From the NCBI GenBank assembly GCA_028279655.1, contig JANQNH010000005.1, positions 144,962 through 208,961 on the forward strand: DNA of 64,000 nt, given 5' to 3'. The notes under the pieces were generated by a model. That model was not told the origin of the DNA. It did not search any database and was given only the letters and a program-made list of their open reading frames with translations. This document shows, in pieces, positions 1 to 9,548 of the stretch; position 1 is the first letter of the stretch, and each line of letters starts with the position of its first letter. A program made the translations under genes and the position numbers. This DNA is from Candidatus Nanoarchaeia archaeon (GTDB lineage Archaea > Nanobdellota > Nanobdellia > Woesearchaeales > JACPBV01).

Positions 1-207
1 CTCCCTAATAGCTTGGCTTAGAGGCATTCCTTTCTCCTTTCTTGCTTCATCAATATCTCTTTTGGCCTGTTCAGTGAGTTTTGGTTCTACCATCTCCTTA
101 AACTTCATCAATTTATTAATAACTTCATTATAGCTTTCCCTATTATATTCCTTAAAGTTCCTCAATTTATTCAGGGTATCAGGTTCAACTTGTATAGTTG
201 TTGGCAT
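1..207 (-). CDS. Partial small antitoxin-like protein (start at 207, runs off the window edge)
   Basis: Minus-strand ATG at 207. The N-terminus MPTTIQVEPDTLNKLRNFKEYNRESYNEVINKLM is a clear paralog of the putative antitoxin at 44443..44688 (MIQIKKETASKLKDLKKYERETYDEIINTLI). Confidence 0.4.
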   Translation of the reverse strand, partial: MPTTIQVEPDTLNKLRNFKEYNRESYNEVINKLMKFKEMVEPKLTEQAKRDIDEARKEKGMPLSQAIRE

Positions 208-531
208 ATGTATCACCTATATAGTTAGTATATAGGTTGTTATATTCTCCTTATATATAAATATTTCGGAGAAAGATTTATGCTTAGAAAATGCCGAGCA
301 TTTTCTTTTGTATAAATGTTTGGTTAAACCTATCCCTCTTCCCCAGTTCCTCCTCCTTCGTATTACATACAAGAAAGAAGCAAGCTCTTTAAAATAAAAA
401 AATGCAGGGTGGGTGGAGGGCTATCAGTAAAAAGATAAAGAGCCAGGAGCGTTTCCCTCCCTTATTATTTATTACTGATTTAACTATAATTGATTCTCCT
501 CCTTATGAAAAATATTGATTAAATTGAATCT

Positions 532-1434
532 CTATCTTGAGAGAAAGATGAACCTTACATTACTCCCCATTGCCTCAAGTGCACCATTGATCACTACTTG
601 ACATGGCATGTATCCCTTGTTAAAACCTTTTGTAGCTAAATCCAAAGCTTCAGAAGGACACCCACAACGAAGAACATGTGCTCCTAATTCATAATAAGCT
701 GGTCCAAAGCCAGGTTCCAACTTAATAGCTTCTGTCAATAATGAATGTATCCTCTCATGAGCTTGCTCATCAGATATATGCCCCAGCGAAGCAATCTCAA
801 AGTATCTTTTAGCAGCCCAATAATTCTCTTCAACATTGCCTTTTACAGAAGCAAGCTCAGAAAGTTCCTTTTTAATAAGGGGTCTCCTTCCTTCTATTCT
901 TTTAGCATCTTCATCAATATAGTGCTCTCCTATAACATCATCAATACCACACTCTTCATGCGGAAAGAGTTTAGGGGTTGGAAAAGCCATTCCGTAGAAT
1001 CTTGCAGAATTCCTCATAAGTGTGGTGTAAAGAACTTTTTTGTCGCCACCGTTAGGAAACTTTATTTTTTGCCACGCCTCAACACATTTATAATCCATTC
1101 CCCCAGATGCTTTTATGATATCAGCTAACTTATCAGTATCATACTTCATATCAGGCTCTGCTATGAAGACCCATGAGCCATTTGCCCTTTCTATTAATTG
1201 GTTTTTTGCATTTGCAAAATCAGTGAAATGAAAATATCCAGGTTCACAATAGCTTTTAGCTATCTCAGCAGTATTGTCAGTTGTTTTTTTGTCTACCAAC
1301 ACAATTCGTTCAGTATCACGTTCTGACTTCCTTTCTATTTCCTTAAGCTGTTCAAAAAATACACTCAGGTCGCCTGCCCTTGTTGTTTCTGCATTGTAAA
1401 GTGAACAAGCTATTGTTAGATGTGTCATTTTCAA
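532..1434 (-). CDS. Hypothetical protein with GT2-like N-terminal region and helical/TPR-like C-terminal region
   Basis: 300-aa ORF. N-terminus (LTIACSLYNAE...IVLVDKKTTDNTAEIAK) resembles the family-2 glycosyltransferase signature. Confidence 0.4.
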   Translation of the reverse strand: MKMTHLTIACSLYNAETTRAGDLSVFFEQLKEIERKSERDTERIVLVDKKTTDNTAEIAKSYCEPGYFHFTDFANAKNQLIERANGSWVFIAEPDMKYDTDKLADIIKASGGMDYKCVEAWQKIKFPNGGDKKVLYTTLMRNSARFYGMAFPTPKLFPHEECGIDDVIGEHYIDEDAKRIEGRRPLIKKELSELASVKGNVEENYWAAKRYFEIASLGHISDEQAHERIHSLLTEAIKLEPGFGPAYYELGAHVLRCGCPSEALDLATKGFNKGYMPCQVVINGALEAMGSNVRFIFLSR

Positions 1435-1527
1435 CAGAGAAGAATGAATTTTTGTTTAAAAACCTATCCCAAAAGTACTAGAACTAAAACCAAAACATTT
1501 ATAAACTACAGCTAATATCCATTAACT

Positions 1528-2070
1528 ATGGTTAACAAATATAAACTAAAGTTATCAGTACTGCAACAAGAAATAGTGAAATTCTTGATAATGAAGGCAG
1601 AAAAGGCATTCACAGCACATGCTATAGCGAGATCATTAGAGGTATCTCAGCCAGGGATATCAAAAGCTCTACCCTTGCTCCAAAAGGAAAGGCTGATAAC
1701 CATAGAAAAAGACAGAGAGTCTAAAAGATTATCCATAAGGCTAAACCGGGATAATCCATATGTAATTCATACAAAAAGAGCAGAGAATCTTAAATATATA
1801 TACCCTCTAAAAGAATACCTGGAAGAATCCCTGCCAGGTGCTACAATAATCCTATTTGGCAGCTACGCAAGGGGGGAGGACACTACATCATCGGATATAG
1901 ATATAGCAATAATAGGAAGGAAAGAAAAAGAGCTTGATCTAGGCAGGTACGAATATATGCTAGAAAGAAAGATAATACTAAACTTCTACAGCGCATTAAA
2001 ACACATACATAAAGAATTAAGGGAAAATATCTGCAATGGAATACTCCTATCAGGAGGCATTGAATTATGA
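1528..2070 (+). CDS. Minimal nucleotidyltransferase (MNT-type) with N-terminal wHTH
   Basis: GSYARGEDTTSSDIDIAII matches the GS-x9-DxD polymerase-beta-like NTase motif. The stop overlaps the next ORF start (ATGA). Confidence 0.6.
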   Translation: MVNKYKLKLSVLQQEIVKFLIMKAEKAFTAHAIARSLEVSQPGISKALPLLQKERLITIEKDRESKRLSIRLNRDNPYVIHTKRAENLKYIYPLKEYLEESLPGATIILFGSYARGEDTTSSDIDIAIIGRKEKELDLGRYEYMLERKIILNFYSALKHIHKELRENICNGILLSGGIEL

Positions 2071-2498
2071 AAGATTTTGAAGAGTTCATAAGGGAAGGCA
2101 TAGTCAAGAAACAATCCCCTGACCTCTCCAGGGCAAACTTTCTAGAAAAGGAGTCACATAAATCATATTCTTTCCTAAAGAAGATGATAAGAGACCTGAA
2201 AATAAACGACGAGAATGCAAACAGTATAATAAAGCTAAGCTACGACATAATAATGGAGCTGATTAGATCAAAAATGCTTGAAAAAGGTCTGAATGCGTCT
2301 GGAAAAGGCGCTCATGAAGGGGAAGTTGCATACCTAAGGAATCTTGGATTCAAAGAAAACGAGATTGAATTTGCAAATAAGTTACGATATTTCAGAAATG
2401 GGATAATGTACTATGGAAAACAGCTTGACAAGGATTATGCCAAGGAGGTCTGTTCTTTCATGGACAAGATCTACATAAAACTGAAGTCAAAAGATTAA
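2067..2498 (+). CDS. HEPN-like partner of the MNT nucleotidyltransferase (putative TA pair)
   Basis: 4-nt overlap with the upstream NTase gene. 143-aa helical protein. The MNT/HEPN arrangement is common in archaea, but the canonical Rx4-6H motif is not clearly seen. Confidence 0.4.
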   Translation: MKDFEEFIREGIVKKQSPDLSRANFLEKESHKSYSFLKKMIRDLKINDENANSIIKLSYDIIMELIRSKMLEKGLNASGKGAHEGEVAYLRNLGFKENEIEFANKLRYFRNGIMYYGKQLDKDYAKEVCSFMDKIYIKLKSKD

Positions 2499-2542
2499 AC
2501 TGCCATATAATCTCTATTAAAAACCTTCCCGTCAAATCCCAA

Positions 2543-3187
2543 CTACATACTAGAACCCATAAAAAAACTCAATATCTTCTTCGCAATATACAATGGAACT
2601 TTGATACTATCAAGTTTAGAACGTCCATCAGCGTGATAATCAGTACCTCCACCAAAAAGAAGACCGTGTTCCTGCGCAATCTTCCGATAATGTGAATTTG
2701 CTTCATCCCTAAAACTGGGGTCATAGGCATATGCACCTATCATGTGAAGGCCTCTCTCGATCAAAGGAAACAAAACTTCATTATCATACTCTTCATAGGT
2801 ATCATACTTCTTACCTTTGCCATGATACACTGCAGGATGTTCACAGCTGATGACTGCACCTGCTTTCTTAAGAAGATCAAATCCTTTAAAAACACCCATA
2901 TAATCATCAACAGGCACCTCATTAGGCCCTAAAGCTTCATCCATCCTAGATAACATACCCTGTAATGAGGATGCTTTTTCTTTCGGATCTGATTTAATCC
3001 CCTTATCTGACCACACACCATAATTCCTATAGCTTTCTTCAAGCTTTTCTTTCTTCTCTCCGTCAGGTTTTGGGATATAGAGATTGATCCTTTCCTCCAA
3101 TACCTTGCCTATCGTATCTATATCTAAAGAACCTCCAAGCTTATCATAGACCTTATCCGTTAACAATTCAGCCCAATGCCGTGCCAT
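2543..3187 (-). CDS. PHP-domain C-terminal half (GGTDYH motif), translationally coupled to 3187..3825
   Basis: GGGTDYHADG resembles the distal PHP histidine motif. There is a 1-nt stop/start overlap (TAATG) with the upstream PHP ORF. Confidence 0.45.
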   Translation of the reverse strand: MARHWAELLTDKVYDKLGGSLDIDTIGKVLEERINLYIPKPDGEKKEKLEESYRNYGVWSDKGIKSDPKEKASSLQGMLSRMDEALGPNEVPVDDYMGVFKGFDLLKKAGAVISCEHPAVYHGKGKKYDTYEEYDNEVLFPLIERGLHMIGAYAYDPSFRDEANSHYRKIAQEHGLLFGGGTDYHADGRSKLDSIKVPLYIAKKILSFFMGSSM

Positions 3188-3825
3188 TATAGGATATTTA
3201 AAGGTATCTCGTGATCGACAATATCTCCCTCTTTACCGCACTCCTCCCATAGCTTTGCATTATCCTCAACGCCCCTATCCCTAAAATACTTGACAACATA
3301 GTCATAATCATAAAAGTCAGCGATACCATCCAGATTATGCTTAAAGGCTATCTTAACCCTTGCATCCAGCTTGTCCTCAGCGCTCCTTGCACACCTTTTC
3401 CTGCAGTAAGCATCAAGTTCAGGATTATCATCAAGTAATTTCTGAAGCTCTTCCCTATAATTATCCTTATTGATCCAGGGAAAATAACCTGTAAGATGCA
3501 CCAGATCACCACCCAAGCTTAGTTCAATACCTGGAATAAATTCTCTTCCAGACTCAAAGTAACCATGTTTTTCCAAAGCCCTAAACATAGGCTCTATCCC
3601 GGATAGTGTATCATGGTCAGTCAATGCAAATATGGAAAGATCATCTCTATTGAACTGATACTCAAATGCAAGCTGTTTCTGTATCTCACCAAAATGTTTG
3701 CCAGTGGCCCACAAATTTCTGTCATGAATACCCATCACATGCCTGACTATCTCATCGGGGGTCTTAGCTCCATCAGAAAACAATGTATGTATATGCAGGT
3801 TTGCAAACTTTTCTCCCATAGGCAA
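3187..3825 (-). CDS. PHP-domain (polymerase/histidinol-phosphatase-like) metal-dependent phosphoesterase, N-terminal half
   Basis: HIHTLFSDG and ALTDHDTLSG are PHP motifs I and II. Its stop overlaps the start of the downstream ORF as TAATG. Confidence 0.55.
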   Translation of the reverse strand: MPMGEKFANLHIHTLFSDGAKTPDEIVRHVMGIHDRNLWATGKHFGEIQKQLAFEYQFNRDDLSIFALTDHDTLSGIEPMFRALEKHGYFESGREFIPGIELSLGGDLVHLTGYFPWINKDNYREELQKLLDDNPELDAYCRKRCARSAEDKLDARVKIAFKHNLDGIADFYDYDYVVKYFRDRGVEDNAKLWEECGKEGDIVDHEIPLNIL

Positions 3826-4013
3826 TCTTATCTAAGAGAATCAATACACACTTAAAAACTTAATCCTCTATTTGTATAGTCAGCTTAAGTGACAATACTA
3901 TCTGGTGCAGTTAACAGTTTATCTATCCGCCTTGTGTGAGTACTCGGACACTTCAGAGATTATAGTAACCGCACGAAACGTAGTATTATCGCGAGTAACC
4001 TAATTGGCTATAT

Positions 4014-4499
4014 CTAATTTCTTAAGACATCCGGGAATCTTCTTAAGTAATCCTCCATAGCTTCTCTAATCTGCAGCAGGTACTGGGCTTTGAAATCCGG
4101 ATTGCCAGCTTCAAGCAGCTTCTTTTCATACTTAGGAGCAAGATGAGAACTCATTTTAATAAAACTAGCTGCCCCTTCATCTTCAATAGTTGTAATCCCA
4201 GTTTTCTTGATATAATCCGTAAGAACCCTCAATATTCCAGGCCCGTAAGAAGTGCCATTCACCCTAAAGAAAGGGCTTATTGAATTAAGGCTTATAGTTA
4301 TACTTGCAGCAAATGGCTCTTCTAGTATCCCTATGACCATCCTGTCATTCTTAGTTCTAAAAGGCCTGGAAAAATCAATATCAAATCTCCCATTTTCCTC
4401 ATATATTCTTATAGTCTCCTCTAACCCACATTCAGCCTTACCGGTAAAAGCAGCAAAGTGCAGAAACTCACCATTGGTTGCATATATTCTTTCAGACAT
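4014..4499 (-). CDS. Hypothetical protein
   Basis: 161-aa ORF with no recognisable motif. Preceded by the conserved promoter module at 4506..4532. Confidence 0.4.
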   Translation of the reverse strand: MSERIYATNGEFLHFAAFTGKAECGLEETIRIYEENGRFDIDFSRPFRTKNDRMVIGILEEPFAASITISLNSISPFFRVNGTSYGPGILRVLTDYIKKTGITTIEDEGAASFIKMSSHLAPKYEKKLLEAGNPDFKAQYLLQIREAMEDYLRRFPDVLRN

Positions 4500-4596
4500 T
4501 ACTGTCAGAAATGCAAATCCACTTAAAAATCTAACGCCAGATAGAATTTTTTTCCATTATGAAATATTTATAACTAGTGACTTAAAAAATTATCAT

Positions 4597-5004
4597 TTAT
4601 TGAATTGAAGCACAAAACTGTTTTGCTCCTAATGGCATTACCTCTATCTTTCTCTTCTTAACATTATGGGTAAATTCCTTAGGTATCCTAAAAGTGAAAT
4701 TATCTCCATCAAAACTTAAAGAGCGCTCCATCTTAAATTCATTCATCATAATCTTGCTTATTATTAAAGCCCTGTCTAGTTTCCTGGCTTCCTCTAATCC
4801 AAGATACCTCTTCTTGCATTTGGGACACTCAAAACCAGATAACTCGATATTGATACCTCCTGCCAGGTTAGTCTCTATCTCTGCTTTTTTCATCTTTATC
4901 TTGCATTTAGAGCAGGTTAAGGTCTTTGGTTTGAATGCTTCTTTATCTATCTTAAAGTTTGCATCTTCCAATTCATCCAGGTTTAATACTTTCATTTTTT
5001 TCAC
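4597..5004 (-). CDS. YgiT-type zinc-finger protein (MqsA-like antitoxin candidate)
   Basis: C-x2-C...ECPKCKK zinc-ribbon pattern like the MqsA N-terminal domain. Its start immediately follows the stop of the DUF4258/BrnT-like ORF. Confidence 0.45.
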   Translation of the reverse strand: MKKMKVLNLDELEDANFKIDKEAFKPKTLTCSKCKIKMKKAEIETNLAGGINIELSGFECPKCKKRYLGLEEARKLDRALIISKIMMNEFKMERSLSFDGDNFTFRIPKEFTHNVKKRKIEVMPLGAKQFCASIQ

Positions 5005-5328
5005 CTATTTCATCTTTTTATAAGACTTGATTTGGCCTCTGTCTGATGGGTAAGCGGTTGTTATTTCAGCTTCATTTCCATAATATCTGAAAAAGACTGT
5101 CAGATATCTGTTTTTGCTATATCCTATTGCTATGTATTGGTCACCACCAGCTTTCTTAAACTTTGGCTTATCATCCTTCAGCATATCAAAAATCTCTCCC
5201 GATAAGACATTATGCTTATCAAATATCTTAATGGCGATTTTTGGTTCAATCTTTATTGCCTTTATAATCATTTTATACCTTACGGAATTAGTAAGGTTAT
5301 CTTCTATATAAATTTTTCCATTTTCCAT
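5005..5328 (-). CDS. DUF4258/BrnT-like (RelE-fold) toxin candidate
   Basis: YIAIGYSKNRYLTVFFRYYGNEAEITTAYPSDRGQIKSY resembles the BrnT/DUF497 core (WIAIGRSNGRLLVVVFTERGD..IRIISARKAT). Confidence 0.45.
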   Translation of the reverse strand: MENGKIYIEDNLTNSVRYKMIIKAIKIEPKIAIKIFDKHNVLSGEIFDMLKDDKPKFKKAGGDQYIAIGYSKNRYLTVFFRYYGNEAEITTAYPSDRGQIKSYKKMK

Positions 5329-5374
5329 CTAAAAACCTTATCTAGAAAACAACCCTTAAGCAACACTCAAAAAG

Positions 5375-5560
5375 CTATCTTGGCATATCATAAGAATCAT
5401 AAACAAACCTTGTAACTAGTTTTACGCCCTGCTTTTGTGATCCAGATAGGGTTGTTCCTCTTTGTGCCTGTTCCATCAGTCTTTGAACTGTCTCTTTTGG
5501 ACCTTCAAAACGCACATCTATATGCTTAACACCTAACTCATTATCAATCGTAGCCTCCAC
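5375..5560 (-). CDS. Small hypothetical protein (61 aa)
   Basis: ORF is tightly packed within the minus-strand cluster. Confidence 0.25.
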   Translation of the reverse strand: MEATIDNELGVKHIDVRFEGPKETVQRLMEQAQRGTTLSGSQKQGVKLVTRFVYDSYDMPR

Positions 5561-5572
5561 ATCACTCCATTC

Positions 5573-6451
5573 TTAACCTGCATCTATATTCCCATGTACT
5601 GTTAAACAGCCAGCCGGAAGGACCATCCCTGGAATATCCCCGCCGCTATATTCTTGTTTTCCAGGATGAGTAACCCCCATCAGCAAACAACTCGGCCTCG
5701 TATAATATCCTGAATAATATTCTGCTTGATTACAAACATCTTCTTCACAATCAGGACATCCTTTTTCAAAAGGCATCAATGCAATAGAGCCATAGATTCC
5801 AGAAAGTACAGGTCCAGACAGATGATAAAGTGATACCCTTACCTTTTTGCCATCGATCTCCCCTTCTCTCCTCTGCAGGGATCTGATAGCATACATATTA
5901 CCAGGGTCAGGAGGTGCCAGGAGGCCCACATTAACATAATACCCAAGAATTAGTGTAAGCGGACCTAAAATAAGCTGCTTATCTTCCAGTGGTCTAGTCT
6001 CTGATAATCCACCAACCATCTTACAATATTGATCATAATACCTTTTCTCAGCCCCTAATATTTCAAACCTATTTTCAAAAATGCTTTTATACAATCCATT
6101 ATCATCTACATCCAGGCTCTCTGCTCCAGCCAATAGATCCTTAGCTTGATTGGCAACAGCTTCTGTTTCTTTTGATGTACCGGCAGCATATATATGCACC
6201 TCCTTATGGCCAGGAGGAATTGTACTGTTACATACCTCCAGGTCAGGGATCCTTGATCCAAGCATTATCGTGAGATTGACAAATCCATCATCATGTACTG
6301 AAAAAGAGTTCAATTCAACTGTATTCCCTCCGGACTGGTATGGAAAAAGATCAAGTTGTCCAACTAATGTGTCCAAGTCTAACGCATCAGGCACTGTCAA
6401 GTATCTGGATTGTAAGATGCATCCTTCCTTTTGTTCTTTCATAGCTTCCAT
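5573..6451 (-). CDS. Conserved hypothetical protein (292 aa), Gly/Cys-rich C-terminus
   Basis: Long ORF. Promoter module 6474..6500 lies directly upstream. No assignable family. Confidence 0.5.
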   Translation of the reverse strand: MEAMKEQKEGCILQSRYLTVPDALDLDTLVGQLDLFPYQSGGNTVELNSFSVHDDGFVNLTIMLGSRIPDLEVCNSTIPPGHKEVHIYAAGTSKETEAVANQAKDLLAGAESLDVDDNGLYKSIFENRFEILGAEKRYYDQYCKMVGGLSETRPLEDKQLILGPLTLILGYYVNVGLLAPPDPGNMYAIRSLQRREGEIDGKKVRVSLYHLSGPVLSGIYGSIALMPFEKGCPDCEEDVCNQAEYYSGYYTRPSCLLMGVTHPGKQEYSGGDIPGMVLPAGCLTVHGNIDAG

Positions 6452-6505
6452 ATTAAGAACCCATTTTAAGCTTCAAGAATGAATTTCTACTTAAAAATCT
6501 AACCT

Positions 6506-7300
6506 CTATGTGGATTCAACAACATATATTCCACCGCCTGTTTTGCGTATAGTAAATCCAGGTTGTCTTACAACACTAATTCTAAGGGGTATAGCCGCCA
6601 TCAACTGATTTTCTGCTTCATTAATCAAGTAATCTGAAACCGTAAGAACATTTATCTCCCTAAGCTCAGGATAAAGACGTTCTATATCCTTTACCTTATC
6701 TGCAAATTGTTCCTGTACTATCTTAAGATGTTTAAAGTCATCATAATTACTGACATAGCCGCATGTTTTTGTTATCTTGAATAATGGGCTGTTGGTGAAT
6801 AGGTCCCCAAAAACCTTTGTAAAAGGAGTTTCAAAACTCTTTTGTGTAAAATTCCTGCATAATGAATTACGGTTTTCCCACACGTATTCCTCAGCAGTCA
6901 GCTTTCCAAGATCATACTGGCTCTCAACAGCTTTTTTTACCTCCGGAGCCAACCACACTCCCTCTTCTTTATCAGGATCCTGCACCATCCCTTCAATACC
7001 CTCTGGTTTTACCTCATACTCACCTATATGCGCTGTAGCAAGGTTAATGGGTACATATACCTTCCAATCAATCCCTTCACAAGAATGATCTTTAGCTTCC
7101 TCATAAAACTTAGTAGGATGTTCTGGATTTGACCAAGTCTTCTCATCATCCCTTACCTCAGGCCTGAGACAATGGTTCTGGTCTATTACCTTCTTTACAG
7201 ATAAACAGTGAACTCCATTAGATGTCTCTATATCCAAAATCAATATTTTACCATCAGATGGATCACGATAAGTAACTGGGTTGATATATTCTAATGCCAT
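6506..7300 (-). CDS. Hypothetical protein (264 aa)
   Basis: Long ORF within a co-directional cluster. Confidence 0.5.
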   Translation of the reverse strand: MALEYINPVTYRDPSDGKILILDIETSNGVHCLSVKKVIDQNHCLRPEVRDDEKTWSNPEHPTKFYEEAKDHSCEGIDWKVYVPINLATAHIGEYEVKPEGIEGMVQDPDKEEGVWLAPEVKKAVESQYDLGKLTAEEYVWENRNSLCRNFTQKSFETPFTKVFGDLFTNSPLFKITKTCGYVSNYDDFKHLKIVQEQFADKVKDIERLYPELREINVLTVSDYLINEAENQLMAAIPLRISVVRQPGFTIRKTGGGIYVVEST

Positions 7301-7399
7301 GATAGTGGAGAATCATTTTTCATTTAAAAAATTAGTGGAAAAAAGATTAAAAATAGAAGACCCTAAAATCTACAATTATCTTAAAAAACAAGATAAAAA

Positions 7400-8263
7400 C
7401 TATTCAAAAAGATCATCAGTCAAATTACCAACATGAATTAGAACAATATCCTCCAGTAAGGATTCGTTATGCATCCAATGTGAAGCGCACCTTACACCCC
7501 CAAAGAAAGGCATTACCTGAAGCGGTTCTGAGGTTTCTATAACAGTTACCCCTAGATTCTTCAATTCTGCATTTACCCTAGTGGAAGCCTTATTATTGAT
7601 TACTGTCTTTTCAAGTTCACGGACGATCAGGTAATTATTGCCAAGAAGCTCATCACCACAGTCTATAGGGACCACTTCATATTTTGTACCTGCTTCAACT
7701 TCTTGGAAATATTCCTTATCTCTTTCATAATGCTTTTTATCAACAGTGACTAAACGTGCATCTGTGATACAGCCAACTGTAGTATCTATATCAGAATGGG
7801 GCATAAAAGTGTTATCACAAAATGGAGGGATTAGATAGATATCCACTGGCATTACCTTCTTTAACTCGCTTTTGATCTTCTCTTTAGCTCCTTTTATCTC
7901 AGGAGGGATATGGATGGATGACACCAATACAAAACCATCTCCGGGAATTACCCCCCCACCATTTCCCAAGAAAGCAAAACCAGGATATCTTTCATAAAAA
8001 TAATCAGGAGTATAGTATATCCTACCTAGTCTGACATAAGAGTTTCTTGGCCAGGAGACTGGAACTCGTTTTACATTGCACTCAGCTTCCTTTAATGCAT
8101 CTTCTATGTATATTGTTTCATCAGGAAATCCACTTCTGGCAAATCTCGTTATACTATGCCCTAGCAAGTAGGCAGGAGAAAGATCAACAGACCTTCTAAC
8201 AAGCCCTTCCTTATTTAATACAACTACATCGATAGGTTTTTTATCATCCATAATATCTGCCAA
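7400..8263 (-). CDS. Pentein-fold guanidino-group-modifying enzyme (amidinotransferase/deiminase/DDAH superfamily)
   Basis: C-terminal FFGGVRCASHW fits the catalytic-Cys motif of arginine deiminase-type enzymes (GGxRCMS). Size of about 290 aa is typical. Confidence 0.5.
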   Translation of the reverse strand: MADIMDDKKPIDVVVLNKEGLVRRSVDLSPAYLLGHSITRFARSGFPDETIYIEDALKEAECNVKRVPVSWPRNSYVRLGRIYYTPDYFYERYPGFAFLGNGGGVIPGDGFVLVSSIHIPPEIKGAKEKIKSELKKVMPVDIYLIPPFCDNTFMPHSDIDTTVGCITDARLVTVDKKHYERDKEYFQEVEAGTKYEVVPIDCGDELLGNNYLIVRELEKTVINNKASTRVNAELKNLGVTVIETSEPLQVMPFFGGVRCASHWMHNESLLEDIVLIHVGNLTDDLFE

Positions 8264-8325
8264 AGAACCTCTTTCAGCCTTCAGGAATCAATTTTTATTT
8301 AAAAAACTATCCTGCAAGAACTCTT

Positions 8326-8703
8326 CTAAGCATCAGGAGGTTTACGTATAGATGGTAGGGAATTCAGGCTTATATAGAAATCCTCATAACCTATCCCTCC
8401 ATAATCAGGGATTCCTACCTTTATGATATTTTTTCCTACAGTTATAAAAGACAGAGGTATCCTAACACCTCGATACTTGATTGATGGTTCGATCCCAGTC
8501 TCAGCTAGATCTATAGCCTTCCGGGTAACCTCTTCTGGATTCATAGGATCAGAGACAGTTGGAAACACATAATACTGGACAGAACTGCATAAACCATCCT
8601 TGGGCCCCCTTCTAACAGAAGACCTCCATGATTCTGTTCCCCATATAGTCTCATAGACACTCCATCCTTTCTCACTTATCCTTTCAAATATCTCATCCAG
8701 CAT
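8326..8703 (-). CDS. Hypothetical protein (125 aa)
   Basis: ORF in cluster. Promoter-like module upstream. Confidence 0.4.
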   Translation of the reverse strand: MLDEIFERISEKGWSVYETIWGTESWRSSVRRGPKDGLCSSVQYYVFPTVSDPMNPEEVTRKAIDLAETGIEPSIKYRGVRIPLSFITVGKNIIKVGIPDYGGIGYEDFYISLNSLPSIRKPPDA

Positions 8704-8760
8704 ATAGTTAAGAATACCACTCCGCTTATAAACCTATTCAAGTTACTGCATATATTAGTA

Positions 8761-9477
8761 TTACCTAAATGCCCCAGTCCCTTCTTCCAGAAAAGCCTTT
8801 ACTAGAACAGGCATTGGAGGAAAAACCAGAGGGCTGGCATCCAATCTCTTACTAAGAGACCTTATCAGGGAACTATCTCTTGGCAGAGTACAATGGCATC
8901 TATCATCCTCCACATACCTTTCATAATTAAAGACGCACTCATCGCTTGGTCCAGCAAAGTAGATCGCTCTGCATGTTATAGGTCTTACTTCATAGATACC
9001 GCAGGATGAATCTTCAAGAAAAGGGCATTCCACATCCCCATGTTTCTCCCTAAGCTGCCTTTTGAATCTGGGTTCTCCAATAAGATCAATAGACCTGATC
9101 AATTTCCCTACTTCCTCAACATCAACTTCACTACAATACCTTCTGATACTCTCCATAAAATCCTTGCCTTCGGTATTGATGTAATGGGCTATAAGGACAA
9201 CCTCTGGCCAGGAAGCCTTGACAGCCTGATAACAGCAATTGTCACATCCATCATAACAGCCTATTTCCCCGCTTCTTTTAGCCACCTCATTCTGCCGAAA
9301 AGCATTACTAAGGTCTATACCTTCATGCAATGTATCTACAGCAAGAGCAACCCTATACAAAACATCATCCACCCCCCCTTCAATCTCAGGCAGCTCCAGA
9401 TTACCACTATGAACATATTTCGCTACAGCATCTACTACCCTTTCTTCTAATTCATCCCTTGCCCTTAAGATAGTCAT
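8761..9477 (-). CDS. YkgJ/UPF0153 family putative Fe-S (zinc/iron-chelating) protein
   Basis: CYDGCDNCC (C-x3-C-x2-CC) and ECPFL...CGIYEVRPITCR match the COG0727 pattern. The track start at 9486 is TTG, so the likely ATG is at 9477. Confidence 0.6.
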   Translation of the reverse strand: MTILRARDELEERVVDAVAKYVHSGNLELPEIEGGVDDVLYRVALAVDTLHEGIDLSNAFRQNEVAKRSGEIGCYDGCDNCCYQAVKASWPEVVLIAHYINTEGKDFMESIRRYCSEVDVEEVGKLIRSIDLIGEPRFKRQLREKHGDVECPFLEDSSCGIYEVRPITCRAIYFAGPSDECVFNYERYVEDDRCHCTLPRDSSLIRSLSKRLDASPLVFPPMPVLVKAFLEEGTGAFR

Positions 9478-9483
9478 AACCCT

Positions 9484-9510
9484 CAAGAATCAACATCCAC
9501 TTAAAAACCT
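9484..9510 (-). promoter_or_regulatory. Conserved BRE/TATA promoter module (minus sense AGGTTTTTAAGTGGATGTTGATTCTTG)
   Basis: A near-identical copy lies at 10092..10119. Related copies are at 3835..3861, 6474..6500, 4506..4532, 1441..1465, 8282..8310 and 7307..7334. The TATA begins about 30 nt before each start codon. Confidence 0.5.
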
Positions 9511-9548
9511 ATTGAAAGGCTATCAAACCTAGTTAAAGTACGTTTGTA

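Noticed and set aside
3900-4013. Possible tRNA or small RNA in the GC-richer spacer before 4014..4499
   Set aside because: A cloverleaf cannot be built. It lacks a GTTC-type T-loop and matching acceptor-stem ends. It has only short direct GTAACC repeats.
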